From Synechocystis sp. PCC 6803 substr. PCC-P (lineage in GTDB: Bacteria; Cyanobacteriota; Cyanobacteriia; Cyanobacteriales; Microcystaceae), in assembly GCF_000284455.1 (NCBI RefSeq), contig NC_017039.1, forward strand, positions 660,001 to 692,000: a stretch of 32,000 nucleotides of DNA, written 5' to 3'. Shown piece after piece: positions 17,147-24,661 of this stretch; position 1 is the first letter of the stretch, and the number at the start of each line of letters is the position of its first letter. The notes under the pieces were generated by a model. That model was not told the DNA's origin, did no database searches, and worked only from the letters and a program-made list of their open reading frames with translations. Position numbers and translations under genes: made by a program.

Positions 17147-18388
17147 TTACGATTGCTTTCTCTGTCCCTGGCTATGCCACCAGTGCCAACAATCCTGGGC
17201 GATCGCCCAATCTTCTTCGGTGTGGACAATCAACACCGTCACCAAGGAGTCGGAGTGAGAAATGACAGTATCCCTTGGCGATCGGTTATTCAACTCTGGA
17301 TCAAGTTTTAAACCTAGAAATTCAAAAGCTTGGCAAACATCTGCCCGCACAGTGGCGGCATTTTCCCCCACCCCGGCGGTAAACACCAACGTATCCAAAC
17401 CTTCCAAGGAAGCAATCATTTGCCCCAAACAACTCCGGAAGCGATGGATATACATGACATAAGCCAATTGAGCTTGTTCATTACCCTCTGCTTTGGCCTG
17501 CAAAATGGTACGAAGATCCGCCGACAGCCCAGAGACTCCGAGCAAACCGGATTTTTTATTGAGGGTGGTGTTAATTTCCGCCGGGGTTAACCCTTGGGTT
17601 TCTTGCAAAAAAAGTAGAATTGCCGGGTCAATGGAACCGCTCCGGGCCCCCATCATCAAGCCTTCTAGGGGAGTGAAGCCCATAGTGGTATCAATGCTGA
17701 CCCCATTTTTAATCGCCGTTAGGGAGGCACCGTTACCAATGTGGCAGGTGATGAGTTTTAAATCCGCCAAAGGTTTACCTAAAATTTCCGCAGTTTTCTG
17801 GGCACAATATTTGTGGCTAGTGCCGTGGAACCCATAGCGACGGATGCCTAAATTAGTCCAGGCTTGAGGAATGGGATATTCGGCAGCAGGGGTGGGAATG
17901 GTGCGGTGAAAAGCCGTGTCGAACACAGCGATCTGGGGCACTTCCCCCAACACCAACAGTGCGCTGATTGCTTCAATGCCCTCTAGGTGAGCAGGATTAT
18001 GGGCTGGAGCCAGGGGAATTAAGTCTGCAATGGCCTGTTGCACTTCCGGCGTGATCAAAGTGGCTTCGGCATGATCCGTTCCTCCATGGACCACTCGATG
18101 GCCCACCAGGTCAATCTCTGCCAAACTTTTCAACACTGCATCATCCCCCGTTACCAGGGTGTCCAACATTCGGGCTATACCTTGTTGGCGATCGCCAGTT
18201 TCCAGAATGATCACTTGTTTTTGGCCAGCAGTTTCCACCGTTAACCGCCCCTGATTTGCCAACACCGTCCAATCAATGAAAGCCTCCCATAAGGGCTCCG
18301 GTATCGTCTCCGGTAGGCGATCGCCAGTCAGCTCATAAAGACAACTTTTTTGACTGCTGGAACCGGCATTGAGAATCAGGAATTTCAT
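17147..18388 (-). CDS. ackA: Acetate kinase (start re-assigned to MKFLILNAGSSS)
   Basis: FLILNAGSSSQKSCLYEL, VGHRVVHGG, FDTAFHRTIP, GFHGTSHKYCAQ, ITCHIGNGASLTAI, FTAGVGENAATVR. Confidence 0.97.
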   Translation of the reverse strand: MKFLILNAGSSSQKSCLYELTGDRLPETIPEPLWEAFIDWTVLANQGRLTVETAGQKQVIILETGDRQQGIARMLDTLVTGDDAVLKSLAEIDLVGHRVVHGGTDHAEATLITPEVQQAIADLIPLAPAHNPAHLEGIEAISALLVLGEVPQIAVFDTAFHRTIPTPAAEYPIPQAWTNLGIRRYGFHGTSHKYCAQKTAEILGKPLADLKLITCHIGNGASLTAIKNGVSIDTTMGFTPLEGLMMGARSGSIDPAILLFLQETQGLTPAEINTTLNKKSGLLGVSGLSADLRTILQAKAEGNEQAQLAYVMYIHRFRSCLGQMIASLEGLDTLVFTAGVGENAATVRADVCQAFEFLGLKLDPELNNRSPRDTVISHSDSLVTVLIVHTEEDWAIAQDCWHWWHSQGQRKQS

Positions 18389-19125
18389 TTCAATTCGGTT
18401 TGGAAAAGTTGTTTCACTTTTTGCCAAGCATCGGCGGCCGCTTCGGCGTTATAGCTAGCCCTTTGGTCACAGAAAAAGCCATGGTCTGCGCCTGGGTAAC
18501 GGAAAATTTTATGGTTCACCTGATACTTGGTTAAAGCCTGTTCAATCTGCTCCGTATCTGCCATGGGAATGCTGGTATCTTCCAAGCCGAAGAAGGCGTA
18601 TAAAGTGCCCTGAATTTTATCGGTATAGGTAATGGGCGGTTCCGCTGTCCCTGGAGCCCAATGGGGAATACCCGCGCCGTAAAAGGAAGCCGTGGCCTTG
18701 ACTGTGGGTAAACTAGCCCCTAAATAGACAATCCAACCACCAAAACAAAAACCAATTAATCCTACTTCTTCCGGTTTAACGTTGGGTAAAGTTTGGGCGT
18801 AGGCAATGGTGGCTTCCAGATCGCTCAAAATTTCTGCACTACTAGTCTGATCTTTGAGCTTTCTACCCGCTTCAATACCTTCTGGGGTATAACCCTCTTC
18901 AAAACCTGGCGCTTGCCGTTGATAAATGGCCGGGGCGATCGCCACGTAACCTTCTTTAGCCACCCGTTCTGTCACGTCCCGGATATGGCTATTAACTCCA
19001 AAAATTTCCTGAATCACAATCACCACGGGATATTGACCCACGGCCACCGGCTCGGCCAAATAGCCTGCAATTTGCAAATTTTGGTTGGGAATGGTGACCA
19101 AGGTGGTCTTGATGTCAACAGTCAT
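18385..19125 (-). CDS. Dienelactone hydrolase / carboxymethylenebutenolidase family protein
   Basis: PVVIVIQEIFGVNSHIRDVTERVAKEGYVAIAPAIYQR...VGLIGFCFGGWIVYLGAS...YPGADHGFFCDQRASYN. Stop overlaps the ackA start (ATGA). Confidence 0.94.
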   Translation of the reverse strand: MTVDIKTTLVTIPNQNLQIAGYLAEPVAVGQYPVVIVIQEIFGVNSHIRDVTERVAKEGYVAIAPAIYQRQAPGFEEGYTPEGIEAGRKLKDQTSSAEILSDLEATIAYAQTLPNVKPEEVGLIGFCFGGWIVYLGASLPTVKATASFYGAGIPHWAPGTAEPPITYTDKIQGTLYAFFGLEDTSIPMADTEQIEQALTKYQVNHKIFRYPGADHGFFCDQRASYNAEAAADAWQKVKQLFQTELK

Positions 19126-19396
19126 AAACTACCCGGAAATAATAACTCCTAGCCTATCTCAAAATCTGTACTGAAAGCCCTGTCTGAGAACGGCGATCGC
19201 TTCTGTCGGCTACTAATTCCGCTTGTGGGCCCCATGAAAAAGCAATAGGAGAAATTTACGTCTGCTGGATTTAGGCTCCCAGAGGGAAAACATTATCTGC
19301 CAACGCCGGGAAAAACGTTAAAATCACAAATTGTAACTGTTGTTACTTAAAGGTAACCACCGTTGTGTTTTTTGCAATCTAAGGGAATTGAAAATA

Positions 19397-19612
19397 ATGT
19401 TTAAACCCAGCTTACTTTTGTCTTTGCTTGTTGTGGGCTGTTTGCTAACGGTTACCGGTTGCGGTGGTGGCAATCAGAGGGAGGAAGGTCAACCCACTCA
19501 ACAGAACATCGAACAGCAAGAAAATAACAACGGGAATGCCAATACCAATGATGATGATAATGACAATAACGACGACGATGAGGAAGATGACAACAAAGAT
19601 GGAGATGATTAA
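19397..19612 (+). CDS. Small putative lipoprotein with acidic/asparagine-rich low-complexity tail
   Basis: MFKPSLLLSLLVVGCLLTVTGC (signal plus lipobox LTVTGC), then NTNDDDNDNNDDDEEDDNKDGDD. Confidence 0.75.
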   Translation: MFKPSLLLSLLVVGCLLTVTGCGGGNQREEGQPTQQNIEQQENNNGNANTNDDDNDNNDDDEEDDNKDGDD

Positions 19613-19629
19613 GGCGGTTTGATTCCAAC

Positions 19630-19774
19630 TACCCCAGTGAAGATTCTTTTCATTAGCAACGGCCACGGAGAAGACCTCAACGCCGGCCTGATCATCGATG
19701 CCCTGCAACGGTGATCGCCGGAATTTGATCTATTTGTTCTGCCTTTGGTGGGAGAAAGTAAAGCCTATCAAAAG
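19630..19774 (+). pseudogene. Truncated, frameshifted duplicate of the 5' end of the lipid-A-disaccharide synthase-like gene
   Basis: CCCCAGTGAAGATTCTTTTTCATTAGCAACGGCCACGGAGAAGACCTCAACGCCGGCCTG... matches 20492-20635. One extra T in the TTTTT run breaks the frame; similarity ends at AAAGCCTATCAAAA. Confidence 0.93.
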
Positions 19775-19791
19775 GCCCTTTGATCTAAACC

Positions 19792-20280
19792 ATGAAAAGT
19801 ACGGTTTACATTGAAACTAGTGTGATTAGCTATCTTGCGGCTCGTCCCAGTCGGGATGTCGTTGCGGCTGGACATCAACAGGTCAGCTACGAATGGTGGG
19901 ATACAGAGCGCACGAAGTTTTCCCTTTACACTTCAACTCTAGTCCTTCGGGAGGCCAGTAGCGGTAACCCAGAGGCCGCATCAGCCCGTTTAGAATGGTT
20001 GCAGGGGATTCCCGTTATTGCTATCACCCAAGAGGCTGAGGCTCTTTCTGAATATCTTATTCAAAGAGCAGCCCTTCCCCAGAAAGCAGTGGCAGACGCA
20101 TTACATATTGCAACGGCGGCTTATCACCAACTTAATTTTTTGCTTACTTGGAATTGTAAGCACATTGCCAACGCAGCTAAACGTCACCGTATTGAATGTG
20201 CCTGCCGAGAATTTGGCTTTGAGTCCCCTATCCTTTGTACCCCCGAGGAATTACTCGGAGTTAATTCTGATGTGGAATGA
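19792..20280 (+). CDS. PIN-domain (VapC-like) putative type II toxin
   Basis: MKSTVYIETSVISYLAARPS...YTSTLVLREASSG...AVADALHIATAAYHQLNFLLTWNCKHIANA: PIN fold with conserved acidic residues (E8, E/D in LREA, D in ADALHIA, N/D near C-terminus). Confidence 0.88.
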   Translation: MKSTVYIETSVISYLAARPSRDVVAAGHQQVSYEWWDTERTKFSLYTSTLVLREASSGNPEAASARLEWLQGIPVIAITQEAEALSEYLIQRAALPQKAVADALHIATAAYHQLNFLLTWNCKHIANAAKRHRIECACREFGFESPILCTPEELLGVNSDVE

Positions 20281-20470
20281 CCCTATAGTTGAAGAAACAC
20301 GACGGTTACGAGACGAGTATGCGGCCAAACATGGTCACAACATCCACGCTATTGTGGCAGATCTCAAGAGTTGGCAAGAGCAAGGCTTTCCCCTTGTAGG
20401 CCAGAAAACTGAAGTGCTTCAGCCTAAACTTTTATCCTCCCTAAATCCTCACGATCAAGAGTCAGAATGA
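20270..20470 (+). CDS. 66-aa putative partner (antitoxin-like) of the PIN protein
   Basis: MWNDPIVEETRRLRDEYAAKHGHNIHAIVADLKSWQEQGFPLVGQKTEVLQPK. ATG at 20270 overlaps the toxin stop by 11 nt. Preferred over the tracked start at 20018. Confidence 0.78.
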   Translation: MWNDPIVEETRRLRDEYAAKHGHNIHAIVADLKSWQEQGFPLVGQKTEVLQPKLLSSLNPHDQESE

Positions 20471-20498
20471 CCAAAGTGGCTCTATCAGAATTACCCCA

Positions 20499-21674
20499 GT
20501 GAAGATTCTTTTCATTAGCAACGGCCACGGAGAAGACCTCAACGCTGGCCTGATCATCGATGCCCTGCAACGGCGATCACCAGAATTTGAGTTATTTGCT
20601 CTGCCCTTGGTGGGGGAAGGTAAAGCCTATCAAAATAGGGGAATTAGCATCATTGCGCCTACCCAACCTTTACCCTCGGGAGGGATCATTTACACTGGCT
20701 TTTTAACCTGGTGGCGGGACATTGTTGGGGGTTTAGTGGGTCTAACTATTAAGCAAATTAAGGCCCTACTCAAACAAAAACATCAGTTTGACCTGATTGT
20801 GGCGATCGGGGACATTGTGCCCCTGGCTTTCGCCCGTCTAAGTGGGAAACCCTACCTAAGTTTTTTGGTGGCCAATTCCAGTTACTACGAAGGCCGGTTG
20901 TCCCTACCCTTTACCGTGACCTGGTGTTTAAAATCTCGTCATTGCCTAGGGGCGATCGCCAAAGATAATTTTACTGCCCAAGATTTAAGTCAACGGGGCA
21001 TCAACATCCGCTGGTTGGGCTATCCCATTATGGACGCTTTACAACCGACGGGACAGCAGCTACGACGGGACAGCAAAACTCTCATTGCCCTTTTGCCCGG
21101 TAGCCGGGTGCCGGAAGCGGTACATAATTTGGCTCAATTATTGCCCTTGTGTGGAGCCATTGCCCAGGAAAAAGCAGTGGATTTTTGGGCTGCCCTCGTG
21201 CCGGCAGTGACGGTGGAACATTTACAAAACCTAGCAAGGGAGCATGGTTGGCAATACCACGGCGATCGCCTGGAAAAAGATAATTGCACCATTCATTGCT
21301 CCTGGGATCAATTTGCTGACATTTTGCACCAAGCGGATTTAGTGTTGGGTATGGCGGGGACCGCGGTGGAGCAGGCCGTGGGTTTAGGCAAGCCAGTGTT
21401 GCAAATCCCTGGTCATGGTCCCCAATTTACCTATGGTTTTGCCGAAGCTCAAATGCGATTATTGGGCTGTTCCGTCACCACCGTCGGCAAAAATCCCCAG
21501 GAAGCTAATTTAATCAGTCAAGCTAGTCAGAAAGCGCTGGCAATTCTGGCGGATCAACATTATCAGCAACGCTGTCGGCACAATGGACAAGAGCGCATTG
21601 GCTCCCCCGGTGGTTCCCTGGCGATCGCCAACCACATTGCCGCAACTGCCAAAACTTTGGCTGACAAGGGGTAG
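20499..21674 (+). CDS. Lipid-A-disaccharide synthase-related protein (intact copy; GTG start)
   Basis: VKILFISNGHGEDLNAGLIIDAL...LVANSSYYEGRLSLPF...TLIALLPGSRVPEA...ADLVLGMAGTAVEQAVGLGKPVLQIPGHGPQFTYGFAEAQ. Confidence 0.9.
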   Translation: MKILFISNGHGEDLNAGLIIDALQRRSPEFELFALPLVGEGKAYQNRGISIIAPTQPLPSGGIIYTGFLTWWRDIVGGLVGLTIKQIKALLKQKHQFDLIVAIGDIVPLAFARLSGKPYLSFLVANSSYYEGRLSLPFTVTWCLKSRHCLGAIAKDNFTAQDLSQRGINIRWLGYPIMDALQPTGQQLRRDSKTLIALLPGSRVPEAVHNLAQLLPLCGAIAQEKAVDFWAALVPAVTVEHLQNLAREHGWQYHGDRLEKDNCTIHCSWDQFADILHQADLVLGMAGTAVEQAVGLGKPVLQIPGHGPQFTYGFAEAQMRLLGCSVTTVGKNPQEANLISQASQKALAILADQHYQQRCRHNGQERIGSPGGSLAIANHIAATAKTLADKG

Positions 21675-21808
21675 AATGCGGTCAACATAGCCGTGATTTA
21701 CTGCCACTAACTGAACAAATCAAGGAAAAGTCTTCCCTTTAACAACCCGAAAATCCCCAAGAAGATTAGGATAAAAACATCTAGGCCAATTTTAATCGTC
21801 CTCCGCGT

Positions 21809-22777
21809 ATGAGTATCTACGATCCCAACCCAGATCAGTCTCTAGCCAGAATCGACGCCCTAGAGAAGGAGTTGGCCAACCTCAAAGCCAGTCATAACAC
21901 CCTGGACATCCAAAATAAAATTCTGAAAGGCTTTATCTCCCTCACCAACGTCTCGGCGGGGCGGATGTTAATTAAGGCCACGTTGCAAAAAACCATGGAA
22001 GCCTCCATTCACCAAACGGGGGCCCAATTGGGCAGTCTTTTCTTACTAGATGGGGACGGCAGGGTCACGGAGAGTATTTTAGCCAGGGGAGCCACCGACC
22101 AAAGCCAGAAAAAGAATATTGTCGGCCAAGTGCTGGACAAGGGGCTAGCGGGTTGGGTCAGGGAAAATAAAAGAACTGGTCTCATCAACGACACCACCAA
22201 GGATTACCGTTGGCTAAAACTGCCCGACGAACCTTACCAGGCCCTGTCCGCCCTGGGGGTCCCTATTGTTTGGGGGGACGAACTGTTGGGGATTTTGACT
22301 CTGATGCATTCCCAGGTGAATCATTTCACCCCGGCCTGTGCCACTGCCATGGAAAAAACGGCAGAATTAATTGCTCTAGTCTTGAACAATGCTCGCATTC
22401 AAACCAAGCATAAGCAAAATGAAACTCTGATTCAACAGGAAGACGACTTATTAAACCAAGCTATTCTCTGGTTTCCCAGTATAATTTTTATCCTAGATAA
22501 CCAGGGAGTATTGCTCAAATGTGGGGGCAAATATTTAGCCCAGATTGGTCTTGACCCTAAGGAAAGCATTGGTAAATCAATTTATTATTTATTACCTGAG
22601 GCTAATGAACTAAAAAGCCTGACCAGCCATGCCCTAGCTAACAACATTATTGAGTCTGTGAGCGTGCAGATGGAACGAGTCGACCACGGCACTTGGTTCT
22701 ATGATGCTTGGTTTTCTCCTATCCTAGATAACCATGGCCAGGTTTCTAATGTTGTTTGTATGCTTTTACCAGCCTAA
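21809..22777 (+). CDS. GAF + PAS sensory protein without a recognisable output domain
   Basis: GAF-like segment (LIKATLQKTMEASIHQTGAQLGSLFLLDGDGRVTESILARG...LALSALGVPIVWGDELLGILTLMH region) followed by PAS-like segment (ILWFPSIIFILDNQGVLLKCGGKYLAQIGLDPKESIGKSI). Confidence 0.82.
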   Translation: MSIYDPNPDQSLARIDALEKELANLKASHNTLDIQNKILKGFISLTNVSAGRMLIKATLQKTMEASIHQTGAQLGSLFLLDGDGRVTESILARGATDQSQKKNIVGQVLDKGLAGWVRENKRTGLINDTTKDYRWLKLPDEPYQALSALGVPIVWGDELLGILTLMHSQVNHFTPACATAMEKTAELIALVLNNARIQTKHKQNETLIQQEDDLLNQAILWFPSIIFILDNQGVLLKCGGKYLAQIGLDPKESIGKSIYYLLPEANELKSLTSHALANNIIESVSVQMERVDHGTWFYDAWFSPILDNHGQVSNVVCMLLPA

Positions 22778-22955
22778 AACAGGGAGTAAAGATCTAGAGT
22801 AATCTTTTTCATCATTGTCTATATTTTAGTTATACTTTTGCTGCGCTTTTCTTACCATTTACGTGTATGAAACAAGGTAAACTTTCACAGCTCATTGGGG
22901 AGCTGGGATAAATAGAATTACAAGGATAAATTCTAGGAGCAAAACAGTACACATC

Positions 22956-23219
22956 ATGAAGAGTTACCGGCGCTTGAAACAATTACTTTTCTTTACCAAT
23001 ATTGGCGATAAGTCTAAGCAAATTAGACAAAAGACTGGGGCGGGAAAAACAAAAATTTATCTAAGCATGGCGGTGTTTCTCCTCTGTCCCCTCACCCTCT
23101 GGGGCACCACCCAGAATTTTAATTTAACTATGATGGCCCTGACTACTTTTACCATAGCTTATCTGGGCAAAGGTCTGCGTCGGACTAAGCCCGGTGCTGG
23201 GGAAAATTGGCCTCATTAA
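22956..23219 (+). CDS. Small hypothetical protein, probably membrane-associated
   Basis: 87-aa ORF with hydrophobic segments IYLSMAVFLLCPLTLWG and LTMMALTTFTIAYLG. Confidence 0.5.
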   Translation: MKSYRRLKQLLFFTNIGDKSKQIRQKTGAGKTKIYLSMAVFLLCPLTLWGTTQNFNLTMMALTTFTIAYLGKGLRRTKPGAGENWPH

Positions 23220-23241
23220 ATTGACGATCAACATCAAACAT

Positions 23242-24255
23242 CTATACGTAAAAAGTCACTTCTACAGTTTTATCTGGCAACTGTCGAGGATCTTCTCCCT
23301 TGGCGATCGCCGTGCGGATAGATTCCACAAAAATATGGATAGTATCGGCGGGGGTATGGTTAAAATTAGTACCGTATTTGGCGATTACTTCCTGTTGAAT
23401 GGCGAGAATCTTTAGGTCCTGGGCAATAATCCGTTTAGCGGTCCACCAAACTAAGGGAATGGCAAAGAAATTCCACATGCCATAATTGAAAGCAACGTCG
23501 GTGTAAACGAGGGTAGATTGTTCTGTTATTGGCACCGATTGACTAGTAATAAATAAATGACGTTGGGAACTAAATTTATATTCCACAGAAGTTACATTCG
23601 GCATAATAAATCGGTCAGTATGGCTAATTTCATTGCCCTGGGAATTAAGAAATTTACCCCACCAGCCCAAATTATTATTTTCGTTATAATACTCAGCTTT
23701 GACCTGGCCTTGATGGCGATCCACAATCATTTTTATGGCTTGCCGTTGGGCGGTGCGAAAAATGCCTGGGTGCACCGAAGCTGTATGGGGAATGTCGATG
23801 AAATTCTCCACGCAGTTGGTGACATTATTAGCAAATCGATGGATTAGTCTGATTCTCTGCCAACCTTTTTTACCATACTGGGGTAACGCAAAAGGGGGTT
23901 GTATCGGTTCCCCTAAACAGACATAAATAAAGCCTTCCTGCTCCATTGTTGGGTAACATTTCGTCCGTAAATTTTCCCTTGGTTTAAACTGTTGATCTTC
24001 CGCTGGCACACCAATGACTTGACCACGATGATCATAAATCCAACCGTGGTAAGGACAGTGAAGATTTCCTTGCTTGATTAAACCACAGGAAAGGCGACTG
24101 TGGCGATGGACACAACGATCTTCCAAGGCGATCGCCATACCATGCTGGTCTCGAAAAATTGCTAGCCATTGCCCCAAAATTTGCCGAGCTAAAACTTTAC
24201 CAGGCTTCAAATTCCTACTTTCAGCCACCACATACCAAAAATCTTCAAATTTCAT
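23242..24255 (-). CDS. Rieske [2Fe-2S] ring-hydroxylating oxygenase family protein (start at MKFEDFWYV; longer start at 24279 possible)
   Basis: Rieske motif CVHRHSRLSCGLIKQGNLHCPYHGW; mononuclear iron region NCVENFIDIPHTASVHPG. Confidence 0.93.
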   Translation of the reverse strand: MKFEDFWYVVAESRNLKPGKVLARQILGQWLAIFRDQHGMAIALEDRCVHRHSRLSCGLIKQGNLHCPYHGWIYDHRGQVIGVPAEDQQFKPRENLRTKCYPTMEQEGFIYVCLGEPIQPPFALPQYGKKGWQRIRLIHRFANNVTNCVENFIDIPHTASVHPGIFRTAQRQAIKMIVDRHQGQVKAEYYNENNNLGWWGKFLNSQGNEISHTDRFIMPNVTSVEYKFSSQRHLFITSQSVPITEQSTLVYTDVAFNYGMWNFFAIPLVWWTAKRIIAQDLKILAIQQEVIAKYGTNFNHTPADTIHIFVESIRTAIAKGEDPRQLPDKTVEVTFYV

Positions 24256-24541
24256 CACTTTGATAAGCTCTAATGGCAATATCTCCTGTTAACTTAATTT
24301 GACAAGCCAATCTAGCCTGAACATCATCAGGAGCCAGAATAGCCAAAATTTCCCTTTCCTCGGCCTCTGGGGAGAGGATTTCCCCCACGACTTTCACTAG
24401 ACAGGTACCACATAATCCTGTGCGACAACCGAATAAAATTGGCGAATTGTCTGGGGTTAAATATTCCGCTAGACAAGCGTTAAATTCTAGTGATAGGGGC
24501 AAAAATTTAGTTTGAGGAAAAGAAATTACGCAATTATTCAT
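24245..24541 (-). CDS. Plant-type [2Fe-2S] ferredoxin-like protein (likely equivalent of PCC 6803 ssl2559)
   Basis: FGCRTGLCGTCLVKVVG...ARLACQIKLTGD: ferredoxin cysteine pattern C-x4-C-x2-C...C. Start at MNNCVISF. Overlaps the Rieske gene start. Confidence 0.87.
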   Translation of the reverse strand: MNNCVISFPQTKFLPLSLEFNACLAEYLTPDNSPILFGCRTGLCGTCLVKVVGEILSPEAEEREILAILAPDDVQARLACQIKLTGDIAIRAYQSDEI

Positions 24542-24661
24542 AATTTTCAAGGTCGGCGATCGCCGACATAGAACAATACCGATAATTGTCCGATGGAACC
24601 TAAGCAAACATCACGGCAATGGGGGATCAAAAAACTGAAAGGAAATGCTTTTTAGGAGTGA

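Noticed and set aside
19445-19708. Minus-strand ORF opposite the lipoprotein
   Set aside because: Its poly-Ile/Val run is just the complement of the Asp/Asn tract; not a real membrane protein.
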